Part shown: positions 1-8,033 of the stretch, piece by piece | Position numbering within the stretch: the stretch's first letter is position 1 | Layout of the letters: each line of letters starts with the position of its first letter | Virus record (IMG/VR): IMGVR_UViG_3300032136_000005 | Span: 1-61,608 of that record | Source of the DNA: a virus | Taxonomy: Duplodnaviria > Caudoviricetes | DNA: 61,608 bases | Strand: one strand, 5' to 3' | Position numbers and translations under genes: made by a program | The notes under the pieces: model-generated | The model's database searches: none | Told to the model about the DNA's origin: nothing | Seen by the model: the letters and a program-made list of their open reading frames with translations, nothing else

Positions 1-126
1 CGGCTTTAGATAGGTGTACGCTGTCGGATCGACCACGGGGTCAGGATCGACCACGGGGTCAGGATCGACCACGGGGTCAGGATCGACCACGGGGTCAGGA
101 TCGACCACGGGGTCAGGATCGACCAC
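1..126. repeat. Terminal direct overlap with 61471-61596 (circular assembly junction)
   Basis: 1-126 is identical to 61471-61596; first mismatch is A127 vs G61597 inside the 18-bp tandem repeat. Confidence 0.95.
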
Positions 127-1707
127 AGGGTCAGGATCGACCACGGGGTCAGGGTCAACCACAGGGTCAGGGTCAACCACAGGGTCAGGATCGACCACGG
201 GGTCAGGGTCAACCACAGGGTCAGGGTCAACCACAGGGTCTGGATCAACCACAGGGTCAGGGTCAACTACTTGTCCACCGGCATGATCGTTATAGATCAC
301 CCACCCGTCATTCTCTGAAATTCCGATGAATACCCCCGGCATCGCAGGAACCCATTTCGAATAGACCTGCACTACTCCGCCAGAAAGATCGTCATCACCC
401 GAAGGCGCATTAAAAGAAGTCAGTTCCTCCGTCTCAATGTCATATCGAACAATTCCAGTAGTACCGTCCCACATAGTTACAACGCCATCGGATACCGCCA
501 ATCCATGAACTTTGAAAAGTTCTGGCAGCGCCTCTGCTGGCATGATGTTTTTCGATGAGTTAATTGTGCCGTCTAGTTCGATTCTCAATGTCGCTACGCC
601 GCGCCCGGTGGAAGAGTAATACAGGTCTCTTCCATCCATCGTCATAACGCCCTGACCCCCTGAGATATTCTGCATCTTGCGCTTCTCAAGGGTGTGAGGA
701 TCAAATTCCCAAAGGACACCAATAGAACCGATAAAGTAAATTTTGTCGCGTTCGGCATCGTAGACAGTGCGATGGTAGTCTCCGTATTGCTCAACGGGCA
801 GTTCCTCGTAATACCCTGAGTTATGCCAAGCAAACATATGCTTGTTCCATTTCTCCGGGAACCACTCACACCCCTTAAGCCCATTCACAGCATCGGGCTT
901 GTATGAACGGGTGCGAAACATAAACGTCGCTTCAACCGTCGGGACGTAAACAAGTGAGTCATAATGATGAACACCTAGAGGACCCTGTTCTAGTTCAACG
1001 CATTGTGGGAAACCGTTCCCATCCGGGTCAACCATGTCAGGAAAAGGAGCCTTTGGTTGTGCATAATCAAAGTCTCGCGTCCATGTCAGCGTACCTACGT
1101 CGAACCGATAAACAGAATTGGTCCCGAGGTCTGAGTGCCCACCAGGGGCAACGATTCTTGCGATACCTTTTTCCTCGTCAAAACTCATCCCTGTCCAAAC
1201 GCGAAGGGTATTAGCTTCTGCCCTCTGGCACTTCAGATACTTGCATGCCATCGTGCCATCATCCTGAATCAGAACAGGCGTAATCGCTGTCCCCGGTATG
1301 CGGCGAATCTCCCCAACCGGGGGGATATATGGGATTAACGCATCTGTCCAGTTTCCAGTAGGTTCTGGCGGGTCTACGATTACAGGACAGCCGTCAGGCG
1401 TATCTGCGAAGACATCCGGGCAAGCGTCTATCTCATCTGCAATGCCATCACCATCGCTATCCAGTGGCGGCAATGGACACCCGTCCGCAGTGTCTGCTGG
1501 CTCAGTAGGGCAAGCGTCCACGTCATCGGCCAGGCCATCGCCATCGGTGTCAACCGGATCAGGTTCTGGTGGTGTAACTTCTGGGATCGTAACGGTCACG
1601 ATTCCGGCAATACTTCCCTCGAGCACGTTTCCATGCTGATCTTGGAAGGTAATTGCAGCGGTTGCTATACCGCTCGCGAGTAACGCCGACCAAATCAAGT
1701 ATTTCAT
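1..1707 (-). CDS. N-terminal part of a junction-spanning ~1017-aa protein: signal peptide, two thrombospondin type-3-like repeats, probable beta-propeller, VVDPDP linker; continues at 61470-60124
   Basis: Hand translation from ATG 1707 (MKYLIWSALLASGIATAAITFQ...DTDGDGLADDVDACP...DSDGDGIADEIDACP...GGHSDLGTNSVYRFDVGTLTW...HHYDSLVYVP) has no stop to base 1 and joins in frame (LKP) with ORF 60124..61596. Confidence 0.85.
   Translation of the reverse strand, partial: MKYLIWSALLASGIATAAITFQDQHGNVLEGSIAGIVTVTIPEVTPPEPDPVDTDGDGLADDVDACPTEPADTADGCPLPPLDSDGDGIADEIDACPDVFADTPDGCPVIVDPPEPTGNWTDALIPYIPPVGEIRRIPGTAITPVLIQDDGTMACKYLKCQRAEANTLRVWTGMSFDEEKGIARIVAPGGHSDLGTNSVYRFDVGTLTWTRDFDYAQPKAPFPDMVDPDGNGFPQCVELEQGPLGVHHYDSLVYVPTVEATFMFRTRSYKPDAVNGLKGCEWFPEKWNKHMFAWHNSGYYEELPVEQYGDYHRTVYDAERDKIYFIGSIGVLWEFDPHTLEKRKMQNISGGQGVMTMDGRDLYYSSTGRGVATLRIELDGTINSSKNIMPAEALPELFKVHGLAVSDGVVTMWDGTTGIVRYDIETEELTSFNAPSGDDDLSGGVVQVYSKWVPAMPGVFIGISENDGWVIYNDHAGGQVVDPDPVVDPDPVVDPDPVVDPDPVVDPDPVVDPDPVVDPDPVVDPDPVVDPDPVVDPDPVVDPDPVVDPDPVVDPDPVVDPTAYTYLKP
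25..270 (-). repeat. 18-bp tandem repeat encoding (VVDPDP)13 + VVDP linker
   Basis: Plus-strand unit GGATCGACCACGGGGTCA; variants are synonymous in the minus frame. Confidence 0.95.
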
Positions 1708-1768
1708 TTTCAACCCGCCCCTATTCGTCACTATGTCCGTGCCATTTCTTTCTTCAGTGATCCCGACC

Positions 1769-2239
1769 TTATGGCGTCAACGTATCCACAAACAAACCGT
1801 TGGTGGGATCCCAGCCTGGGTCAAAATTGCCATTGGTCGAGCTCGCATTGCCTCCCTCGGTCTGCAAGTCCATGAACCCGACAATGAGATCGCCAGCGAC
1901 CAATGATGCCCCTGCTCGTTTGAGCAGGTAGAGATATTTAGCTGCGATAGTCACGGCATTGCCAAAGTCAAGGTCGTCGGCGTCGAGCTTGAAGTTTCGA
2001 GTAGATTGCAGTGTCCATGCGATATTGGTAATGACGTGGCCCTCTGCAAACGAGGCGATATAATCGGCGTCGTCGCACTCATTGGCGGAAATATCCGAAT
2101 ACACGTCGTCGTTGACCACTGACGGAGTATGCGCAGCGTCGACCAAGACTCCAACGATAGTGTCGTTCTCAAGGTCAATGATGTTTTTACGGCAGGCCAG
2201 GGAGCCAGCGTCGGTAAAAGTGAAAACGCCTACGGTCAT
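1769..2239 (-). CDS. Putative virion structural protein
   Basis: 156-aa ORF with RBS (GAGGA) in late operon. Confidence 0.6.
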   Translation of the reverse strand: MTVGVFTFTDAGSLACRKNIIDLENDTIVGVLVDAAHTPSVVNDDVYSDISANECDDADYIASFAEGHVITNIAWTLQSTRNFKLDADDLDFGNAVTIAAKYLYLLKRAGASLVAGDLIVGFMDLQTEGGNASSTNGNFDPGWDPTNGLFVDTLTP

Positions 2240-2271
2240 GTCTCTATCCTCAAAAGATGTGAAATATTAGA

Positions 2272-2649
2272 TTAGGGTATGGGTTGGCTTCTGGTGACTT
2301 CTGGGGAGATCGTTATGCCACCCTCGGCAATGCGGGTCGATTCTCCGGACGGAGATTCAATCTCGACATCGTAAACGGCCTCGGTTATTCCTGAATCCCA
2401 GGCCTCAGATATCGCGCTTGGAATAGTGATAACAACCAGGCCGGCGACCCCATCCGCAATCTCGATCATTCCCTTTGTATCTGTGTCGCCGTCGAGCAAG
2501 AGGGTATCCGATTCAACGGATGGCCTAATCTGCCATCTTGCCGAATATCCTGAAATATTGATTTCCGTCTCGGTTTGCTCATCAATCCAGGTGAATTCAT
2601 GGGTGTATGTCGATCCCTGGTCCACCCTTATGTTCACTTTGCTTGCCAT
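2272..2649 (-). CDS. Small beta-rich tail-associated protein (BppU-N/LtfC-like)
   Basis: NIRVDQGSTY..F.W, INISGYSARWQIR, AVYDVEI motifs typical of this phage family. Confidence 0.65.
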   Translation of the reverse strand: MASKVNIRVDQGSTYTHEFTWIDEQTETEINISGYSARWQIRPSVESDTLLLDGDTDTKGMIEIADGVAGLVVITIPSAISEAWDSGITEAVYDVEIESPSGESTRIAEGGITISPEVTRSQPIP

Positions 2650-2876
2650 TAGAACGCCCGCCTGGTTTCAGTGATCTGCGGCGGAATTACCGCCCACGCC
2701 CGGATTGGATCTGGTCCATGATGTTGCCAAGGCGTCGATCCTTCTTTTTCTTGGCACTGTAAATCTTGTCGCCGACAGTATTTTTCTCTGCGGCGGTCAT
2801 AGGGGCGGATGGGGCGGGCGCGCGTGACATGCGGGCGGGGTGCTTTAATCTCATGGATGGTGCTCCTGGTTGGATG

Positions 2877-3119
2877 TCAAAGACGGGCAACAGCCTCGTC
2901 GAGGGGGGCCATAAGCTCCTCGAGGACGATATCAGCCATACGGTCAGCCTCGGTGGGAGTGACGTCGCCATCCTCGATGCGCTGCTTGAGGGCTCGCAGC
3001 TCCAGAAGGCCTGGCTGCAGGTCGTCCTTGGCCTCGCGGGCGCTTTGCCAGGTGGTGACGCCAATGATAGCGATGTCGGCCAGCTTGATAAGCAGGGACG
3101 CGGTTACAGGGTCGATCAT
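2877..3119 (-). CDS. Small lysis-module protein with hydrophobic N-terminus
   Basis: MIDPVTASLLIKLADIAIIGV start overlaps the stop of the upstream lipoprotein gene. Confidence 0.55.
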   Translation of the reverse strand: MIDPVTASLLIKLADIAIIGVTTWQSAREAKDDLQPGLLELRALKQRIEDGDVTPTEADRMADIVLEELMAPLDEAVARL

Positions 3120-3586
3120 TGCGGCGGCTCCTTTGCGATCTCGGCCAGGGCTGGGCGGATTTGGCCATACAGCATGATAATCGCCTGGCGCCACTGCTCG
3201 GCCTCGTCCTGGTTACCGTCCAGGTAAGCGGCCCAAGCGAACCTGACCATTTGCGAAGCATCAATGATGGACTCCTTGAGCCCCCTGTAGGCCGCAGAAT
3301 CCCTTGAAATCACGCCGGCGTCTGCTGCATCGGCCAGTGTGTTCGCCGCGGTAATCACCAGCTCCTCGGCGGCGGTGATGGTGTCGGCATAGGTCAGGGG
3401 CTTGGTGTTCTGCGGGGCGCAGCCAAGCAAAAGTGACAAGCCAATCACCATGAGCAGCCAGCCCAGCACCAGGTAGATTGCCGACCTTACCTCCCTGGGT
3501 ATCTCTACGGTCTCTGGCCCTGATTTTGTTACTCGCACGTCACAGCCTCCCTTCGGTTTTGTCATCCTTGCGCGCCCAGGCGGCAT
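3116..3586 (-). CDS. Lipoprotein in lysis module (spanin-like candidate); true start probably downstream of 3586
   Basis: Hydrophobic stretch ending in lipobox LLLG-C, then helical domain; follows endolysin. Confidence 0.6.
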   Translation of the reverse strand: MPPGRARMTKPKGGCDVRVTKSGPETVEIPREVRSAIYLVLGWLLMVIGLSLLLGCAPQNTKPLTYADTITAAEELVITAANTLADAADAGVISRDSAAYRGLKESIIDASQMVRFAWAAYLDGNQDEAEQWRQAIIMLYGQIRPALAEIAKEPPQ

Positions 3587-4217
3587 ACAGATTTCCGGCG
3601 ACCGATATGCCGATCATCAACCATGCAAACTGCTGGGCGGTGAGGCCGTCGAGCGCGTCCGGCAGGAAAGCCACGATTTCTGGAGAAAGGCCCAACATTT
3701 GAGCCAAGAGGGCGGTTCCAGCGATCGACGCTGCGCCGCCGGCGACGGTGGTTCCCTTCATGGTCCTGGATTGAGCCAGCGGCTTGCTTGGGCTCAGGCC
3801 AGCCAGTCTTAGGCCCTTCTCCCAGGTGTCCAGCGGATACCAGCTTTCTGCGTCAGCTGGAGCTCGTCCGTTTTCCATACGGCACATGGCGCGAACCACG
3901 GCAAGAGTCGTCTCATAATTGGACAGATCAAGGTACTCATCTTTTGCGATCCCGGACCAGGTGGAAACGGCATCCAGGTAGGCGCCAGTGTCATTCTCTG
4001 CCGGCGGCGCCCAGCGGGCGATGATTCCACGCAAGGTATTAAGGTCGTGCTGCTCCTGGTACGACTGCAGGTTTCTGACACCCGCTCGAATCCCCCACTC
4101 CGGGGCTTGAAACGTCTCGAATTCAGGATCCGTCCCGGCTACCTTGCCCTTCCAGGCAATGTCTGTCCTGCGAATATTCAGGGGGTTGTTGTTTCGGATG
4201 CCACGCGATGCTGTCAT
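3540..4217 (-). CDS. Endolysin (lysozyme-like, RNNNPLNI family) with C-terminal hydrophobic segments
   Basis: RGIRNNNPLNIR, F.APEWGIRA, IIARWAPPAENDT.AY motifs. Confidence 0.75.
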   Translation of the reverse strand: MTASRGIRNNNPLNIRRTDIAWKGKVAGTDPEFETFQAPEWGIRAGVRNLQSYQEQHDLNTLRGIIARWAPPAENDTGAYLDAVSTWSGIAKDEYLDLSNYETTLAVVRAMCRMENGRAPADAESWYPLDTWEKGLRLAGLSPSKPLAQSRTMKGTTVAGGAASIAGTALLAQMLGLSPEIVAFLPDALDGLTAQQFAWLMIGISVAGNLYAAWARKDDKTEGRL

Positions 4218-4660
4218 TTTGGTGCCTTATCCATAATGTGTTGGATTACTACCATTCCAGCGGTGCCAAAAATCGACAGTAAAATTGTGACCAAGATGCG
4301 CATGGCGCCCTTAAAGTCCCTGCTCTGTTGGTCGGAATGCGCCTGCAGCCTAACTGCAACGGCGTTGACACTGCCGTTTACGGTATCGATCTTGTCGGTC
4401 AATCGAAGCGTCTCACTACTCATGACCTGCTCGAGCGCGCGCTGGGCTGACGTGTTCTCGATCACCTTGCGCTCGACGTCGGTTATCCGCTCCTCGCCGC
4501 GCTCGAACCGCCTTTCGAGACCGCGGACGTCCGATCGTATCTCATGCACCGACTCCTGAATGTCAGTCAGTCGGCGATCGTCGGATGCCCTGCTTGCATA
4601 CGGGCGCTCAGCGCAATCCTTATCGTGCGTAGCCATATCTTCAGACTTCAGCATCTTCAA
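4214..4660 (-). CDS. Coiled-coil protein with C-terminal TM helix (holin-like candidate)
   Basis: Heptad-rich middle and ILVTILLSIFGTAGMVVI; immediately upstream of endolysin. Confidence 0.55.
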   Translation of the reverse strand: MKMLKSEDMATHDKDCAERPYASRASDDRRLTDIQESVHEIRSDVRGLERRFERGEERITDVERKVIENTSAQRALEQVMSSETLRLTDKIDTVNGSVNAVAVRLQAHSDQQSRDFKGAMRILVTILLSIFGTAGMVVIQHIMDKAPK

Positions 4661-5156
4661 TGGCCGCCGCTTCCAACTGAATGAGTTCGCGCGTCATAAG
4701 TAGCGCCGTTTTTGACTTGTCCAGCTCCATTCCGAACGTGTTCATCGCGTAATCGGCGACTGCCGTTTTGCTACGATGGTTGAGTCCGCGGTTGTCGGCC
4801 CAGCGTTGAATCGCGCGGTTGCTTGCTGCGATCGGGTCTGCCAAGGCCTCGACCTCCAGGTCATCCGTCTCGTCTGGATCGGTGGCGTCAACAAGCTCGT
4901 CCTGTACATCGAAACCCTCATCGACAGGCTCTTCGATGGCTGGCTTTTTGATCTTGCCGGGCTTGGCGCCTGGCTCATAGAGCGCATACGCCTCGCGAAT
5001 TGAAAGAAGTCGCTGGGCGTGATCGCTGTCTTCGACCGCGCAAACGTGAGCTCCGTGCTCATTTGGCTGGAAGTGGTACTCGTTTTCATCCTCGCCCAAC
5101 GTCACAACAGTACCGTGTGGACGTCGAATAAGGCACTCAATCATCGTTTTCGCCAT
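4641..5156 (-). CDS. Hypothetical protein of Bcep22-like head region
   Basis: IECLIRR..GT.V.L...YHFQPN..GAHVC.V....H..RLL.I.EAY. Confidence 0.6.
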   Translation of the reverse strand: MAKTMIECLIRRPHGTVVTLGEDENEYHFQPNEHGAHVCAVEDSDHAQRLLSIREAYALYEPGAKPGKIKKPAIEEPVDEGFDVQDELVDATDPDETDDLEVEALADPIAASNRAIQRWADNRGLNHRSKTAVADYAMNTFGMELDKSKTALLMTRELIQLEAAAIEDAEV

Positions 5157-5176
5157 TCGGAGCTCCGGGTTTAATA

Positions 5177-5201
5177 CCCTGGAGCCAAGGCGGCTCCAGG
5201 G
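5177..5201 (-). terminator. GC-rich hairpin after capsid decoration gene (weak terminator or mRNA stabiliser)
   Basis: 10-bp stem CCCTGGAGCC/GGCTCCAGGG followed by TATTAAA on minus strand. Confidence 0.55.
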
Positions 5202-5219
5202 AAGGGCTACGCCCTCTGG

Positions 5220-5678
5220 TTATCGGTCAAGCACCTCGGCCCCTCGGTACATCAGGGTCGCGGCCAGCTTGCCGGTGGTGGCGCCAGTGGTTGGGCCGGT
5301 AGCAACAACAGCCCGCAGATAGCAGTCATTGTCGATTATCGGCATGCGCAGTGCCGCGAGCTCGTCCATCCGGTCGATGCCGCCAGCCCTGCCAACGATG
5401 GATCCGGTGTTGATTGCGTAGGAATCATCGCCTACCGGGTCGTAAATCTCAAAATTCAGCACGACAGCTGAACCGGTATCAACGGCGTCGGTATCGATAA
5501 TGCAATCGACGGGCAGATGCTTGGCCGGAAGTTTGGCCAGGTTGACGATATCGTTGATCGCCAGGGCGCCGGTAACGGCCAGGTCGATGAAACCCCGGTT
5601 CGCCTTCACGTCGCCCTGAACTGAAGCGGACGGAGCAGGAAACCGCACCTCCGCTTTTGCTGCGTCATAAGTAGACAT
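5220..5678 (-). CDS. Capsid decoration/cement protein
   Basis: 152 aa, beta-rich, directly downstream of major capsid. Confidence 0.65.
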   Translation of the reverse strand: MSTYDAAKAEVRFPAPSASVQGDVKANRGFIDLAVTGALAINDIVNLAKLPAKHLPVDCIIDTDAVDTGSAVVLNFEIYDPVGDDSYAINTGSIVGRAGGIDRMDELAALRMPIIDNDCYLRAVVATGPTTGATTGKLAATLMYRGAEVLDR

Positions 5679-5746
5679 TTCAAAAATCTCCTGAAAGTAA
5701 GGGTTGCCAGATAGGGGCGCCAGATGGCGTCCCTAATCAGGGACGA

Positions 5747-6853
5747 TCAAGTCGGATCAGCGGCAGCCGAATCAACGGAAATCAAACCGAAATCCTTGTT
5801 GTTGAAGCGGCACTTCTTGGTTCCGACGATCGTGGACGTGGTGATGACCGCCTGGTTGCCGTTGTCGCGGCTTTCCTCATGCCAGTCAAAGCGCAGGCCG
5901 GTGCCCGGGGAGCCGAATGCACAGACGAGGCCCTGGCGGCCAAGAAAGAGGTTGCGAGCCGCACCAACATCGCCGCCGGCGCCGTAATCGTCGAACCGGA
6001 CCACGGCTTTATGCGAGTGCAGGACAACATTGTTGTACATGCCAAGGCTGCCTTTGAAGATCGGATTCTTGCGCCCTTCGGCGCCAGTTGCCGCCTTCTG
6101 GATGTCCAGCCACTTACCTTCGCCGGTGGCGGTGCGCACGTCAAATTCCGACCAGGTGTGCATCAGGAACACATAATGCTCCTCGCCATCGATCAGAATC
6201 GGCTGGATCTGCGGGGTCTGCTGGATCCCGCCGCCCATAACCTCGGCGCGAACCTTCACCTTGTCGATCGTAGCCAGCTCCACTTTGTCGGTGGAAACCA
6301 GTGACGCCTTAGAGGTTGCAGCACCGGCATACATTTGATGCTGTGCATCCGGGGCCTCGAAAGCGTTATTGGCGCGTCCGGTGTAACCCAGGCGGAAAAT
6401 GTAGTCCGGGTTGATGCCCCTGGCGCCAGAGCCGTACATGAAGAACAGCTCGTCGAACACACGCGACCACCATTCCGCCTGACGCTTGCGCGCGATCTTG
6501 CGGAGATTGTGGATGGTGCGCTTGCGGGTCATACGCCCGCCGGTGTTCACGCCGCCGCGCATCTGGTCGATGTAGACGTTATCCGAATAAAACTTGAGGT
6601 CTTCTTCCTGACCCTCCAGCACGTCGTCGCCCTCGACGGGCTCCATTGCCAGCTGTACGGACAAGTCGTAGCTGATATTTTCGCCGGCGTCGTTCTCCAG
6701 CTTGGACAGCATCGTGATCGGCGCCATGCCGTCTTCGCCACGAGCCATGAATTTGCGCGACCAGTATCCGGTGCGCGCGGTGTCCACTGCCAGCATCGCG
6801 CTGTAGTGGTGTACTGCTTTCGGGTCGTTCAAACCCACGATAGTGCGAGCCAT
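5747..6853 (-). CDS. Major capsid protein, N4-gp56/DUF4043 family
   Basis: PVEGD..LEG.EE.L.FYSD.V.IDQ.R..V..GG.M..KRT.H.LR; NPIFKGSLGMYNNV.LH.H. Confidence 0.92.
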   Translation of the reverse strand: MARTIVGLNDPKAVHHYSAMLAVDTARTGYWSRKFMARGEDGMAPITMLSKLENDAGENISYDLSVQLAMEPVEGDDVLEGQEEDLKFYSDNVYIDQMRGGVNTGGRMTRKRTIHNLRKIARKRQAEWWSRVFDELFFMYGSGARGINPDYIFRLGYTGRANNAFEAPDAQHQMYAGAATSKASLVSTDKVELATIDKVKVRAEVMGGGIQQTPQIQPILIDGEEHYVFLMHTWSEFDVRTATGEGKWLDIQKAATGAEGRKNPIFKGSLGMYNNVVLHSHKAVVRFDDYGAGGDVGAARNLFLGRQGLVCAFGSPGTGLRFDWHEESRDNGNQAVITTSTIVGTKKCRFNNKDFGLISVDSAAADPT

Positions 6854-6932
6854 TTCGTAGTGCTCCTCAGTTGAATGTCAAACTTCAACTCGGTCGCACT
6901 CTTGCGCGAAAGGGCCGGGTTGGTGGGTAGCG

Positions 6933-7100
6933 TCAGCTGGTAACAGCTTTCGCCGGGGGGGTTGTCTGCGTCGCGAGCTTCACAGACTTGGGAGCGTCCA
7001 CCTTCAAGCGGACACGTCTCCCATGTTTTTTTACGAGCTCGATGCGGGTGTCTCCAACCAGGAGAGTCCCGCCGAGCTCGAGATCAACGAATGCCGACAT
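6933..7100 (-). CDS. 55-aa CsrA-fold protein (not in ORF track)
   Basis: MSAFVDLELGGTLLVGDTRIELVKKHGRRVRLKVDAPKSVKLATQTTPPAKAVTS; ATG abuts scaffold stop; VRL.VDAPKSV matches CsrA beta4-beta5. Confidence 0.7.
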   Translation of the reverse strand: MSAFVDLELGGTLLVGDTRIELVKKHGRRVRLKVDAPKSVKLATQTTPPAKAVTS

Positions 7101-8018
7101 TTAGCCCGCGCTCTCCAGCCAGGCGTCCACTTCGGAAGTGGGCATCTTGGCAAGCGCAGCCTCAAGGTCGTCACCTTCAAGCCCTTCCAGGTGTCGGAAC
7201 TTATCAGGCTCTATCATATTGTCATCCGCGGGCGGCACGTCGCCCAGGGTTTGCGGGATCTTGGGCTGGGCCTTTTTCGGCTTTGCCTGGACTTTTGGGG
7301 GCTGCGAGGCGGACTCTGCCCCGATATTCAAAGCTCCTTTAACCCGTTCTGCGGCCTTGAGAATCGCCGATCCGTAGTCGACGCCATTGAGTTCGCCGTC
7401 CTTGTACATTTTGTCCAGCGTGGCCTGCAGGAAGGTCTGGCGCATCGGGTCAAGAAACGCCGCGTTGGCCTCATCCTTAAAGAATGTCGACTGCGCGCGC
7501 TGCCAATTCAGGTCGTCCTCATAGGCCGAGCGCGTTGCCATCTTCGCGTCGTTGATCTCCTTCACGCGCTCGTGATACTGCGCGAAAGTCATGTCGCCGT
7601 CTTCGACCTTCTTACCCAGGCCTGCGTACTCTTCATCAAGGGCGCCCATGCTCTCCTGGTAGGCTCTGGAGAGCTCTGCTACGTCGTCCTGTTGAGTAGC
7701 GGTCCCAGCTTCTTCGCTCTTATCCTGGCCCTCGTCGCCGGCGGGCTGCTCCTCTTTGGCAGCTGCGGCGGGCTCAGGCTCCTGCTTGCCTGCCTCTTTG
7801 TCATCTTCAGCGGTCTCGACTTCCTGTTCCTCGCCATCGCCGGCGTCTTCCTCGTCTTTCGGCTTGTCGTCGGCATCGTCTCCTGGCTCGTCGTAATCCA
7901 GTGCGGCGCGCTCCTCATCGGAAAGGCCTTCCATTTCGTCGTCTGTCAGGCTATCCGGATTGACTGCTGCGGCTTCGTCGTCTACGTCTACTGCGGCTGC
8001 TGCTTGCTTCGGTGGCAT
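7101..8018 (-). CDS. Scaffolding protein
   Basis: Acidic helical 305 aa between portal and capsid; IPQTLGDVP...LE.ALA C-terminus. Confidence 0.75.
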   Translation of the reverse strand: MPPKQAAAAVDVDDEAAAVNPDSLTDDEMEGLSDEERAALDYDEPGDDADDKPKDEEDAGDGEEQEVETAEDDKEAGKQEPEPAAAAKEEQPAGDEGQDKSEEAGTATQQDDVAELSRAYQESMGALDEEYAGLGKKVEDGDMTFAQYHERVKEINDAKMATRSAYEDDLNWQRAQSTFFKDEANAAFLDPMRQTFLQATLDKMYKDGELNGVDYGSAILKAAERVKGALNIGAESASQPPKVQAKPKKAQPKIPQTLGDVPPADDNMIEPDKFRHLEGLEGDDLEAALAKMPTSEVDAWLESAG

Positions 8019-8033
8019 TTAGTAACTCCTCGA

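Noticed and set aside
25-270. Possible CRISPR array
   Set aside because: Contiguous tandem units with no spacers; coding
14-286. GSGSTT-repeat ORF resembling ice-nucleation proteins, and the 6..266 TLWL ORF
   Set aside because: Alternative frames of the 18-bp repeat; base variants are synonymous in the VVDPDP frame, which belongs to a long gene
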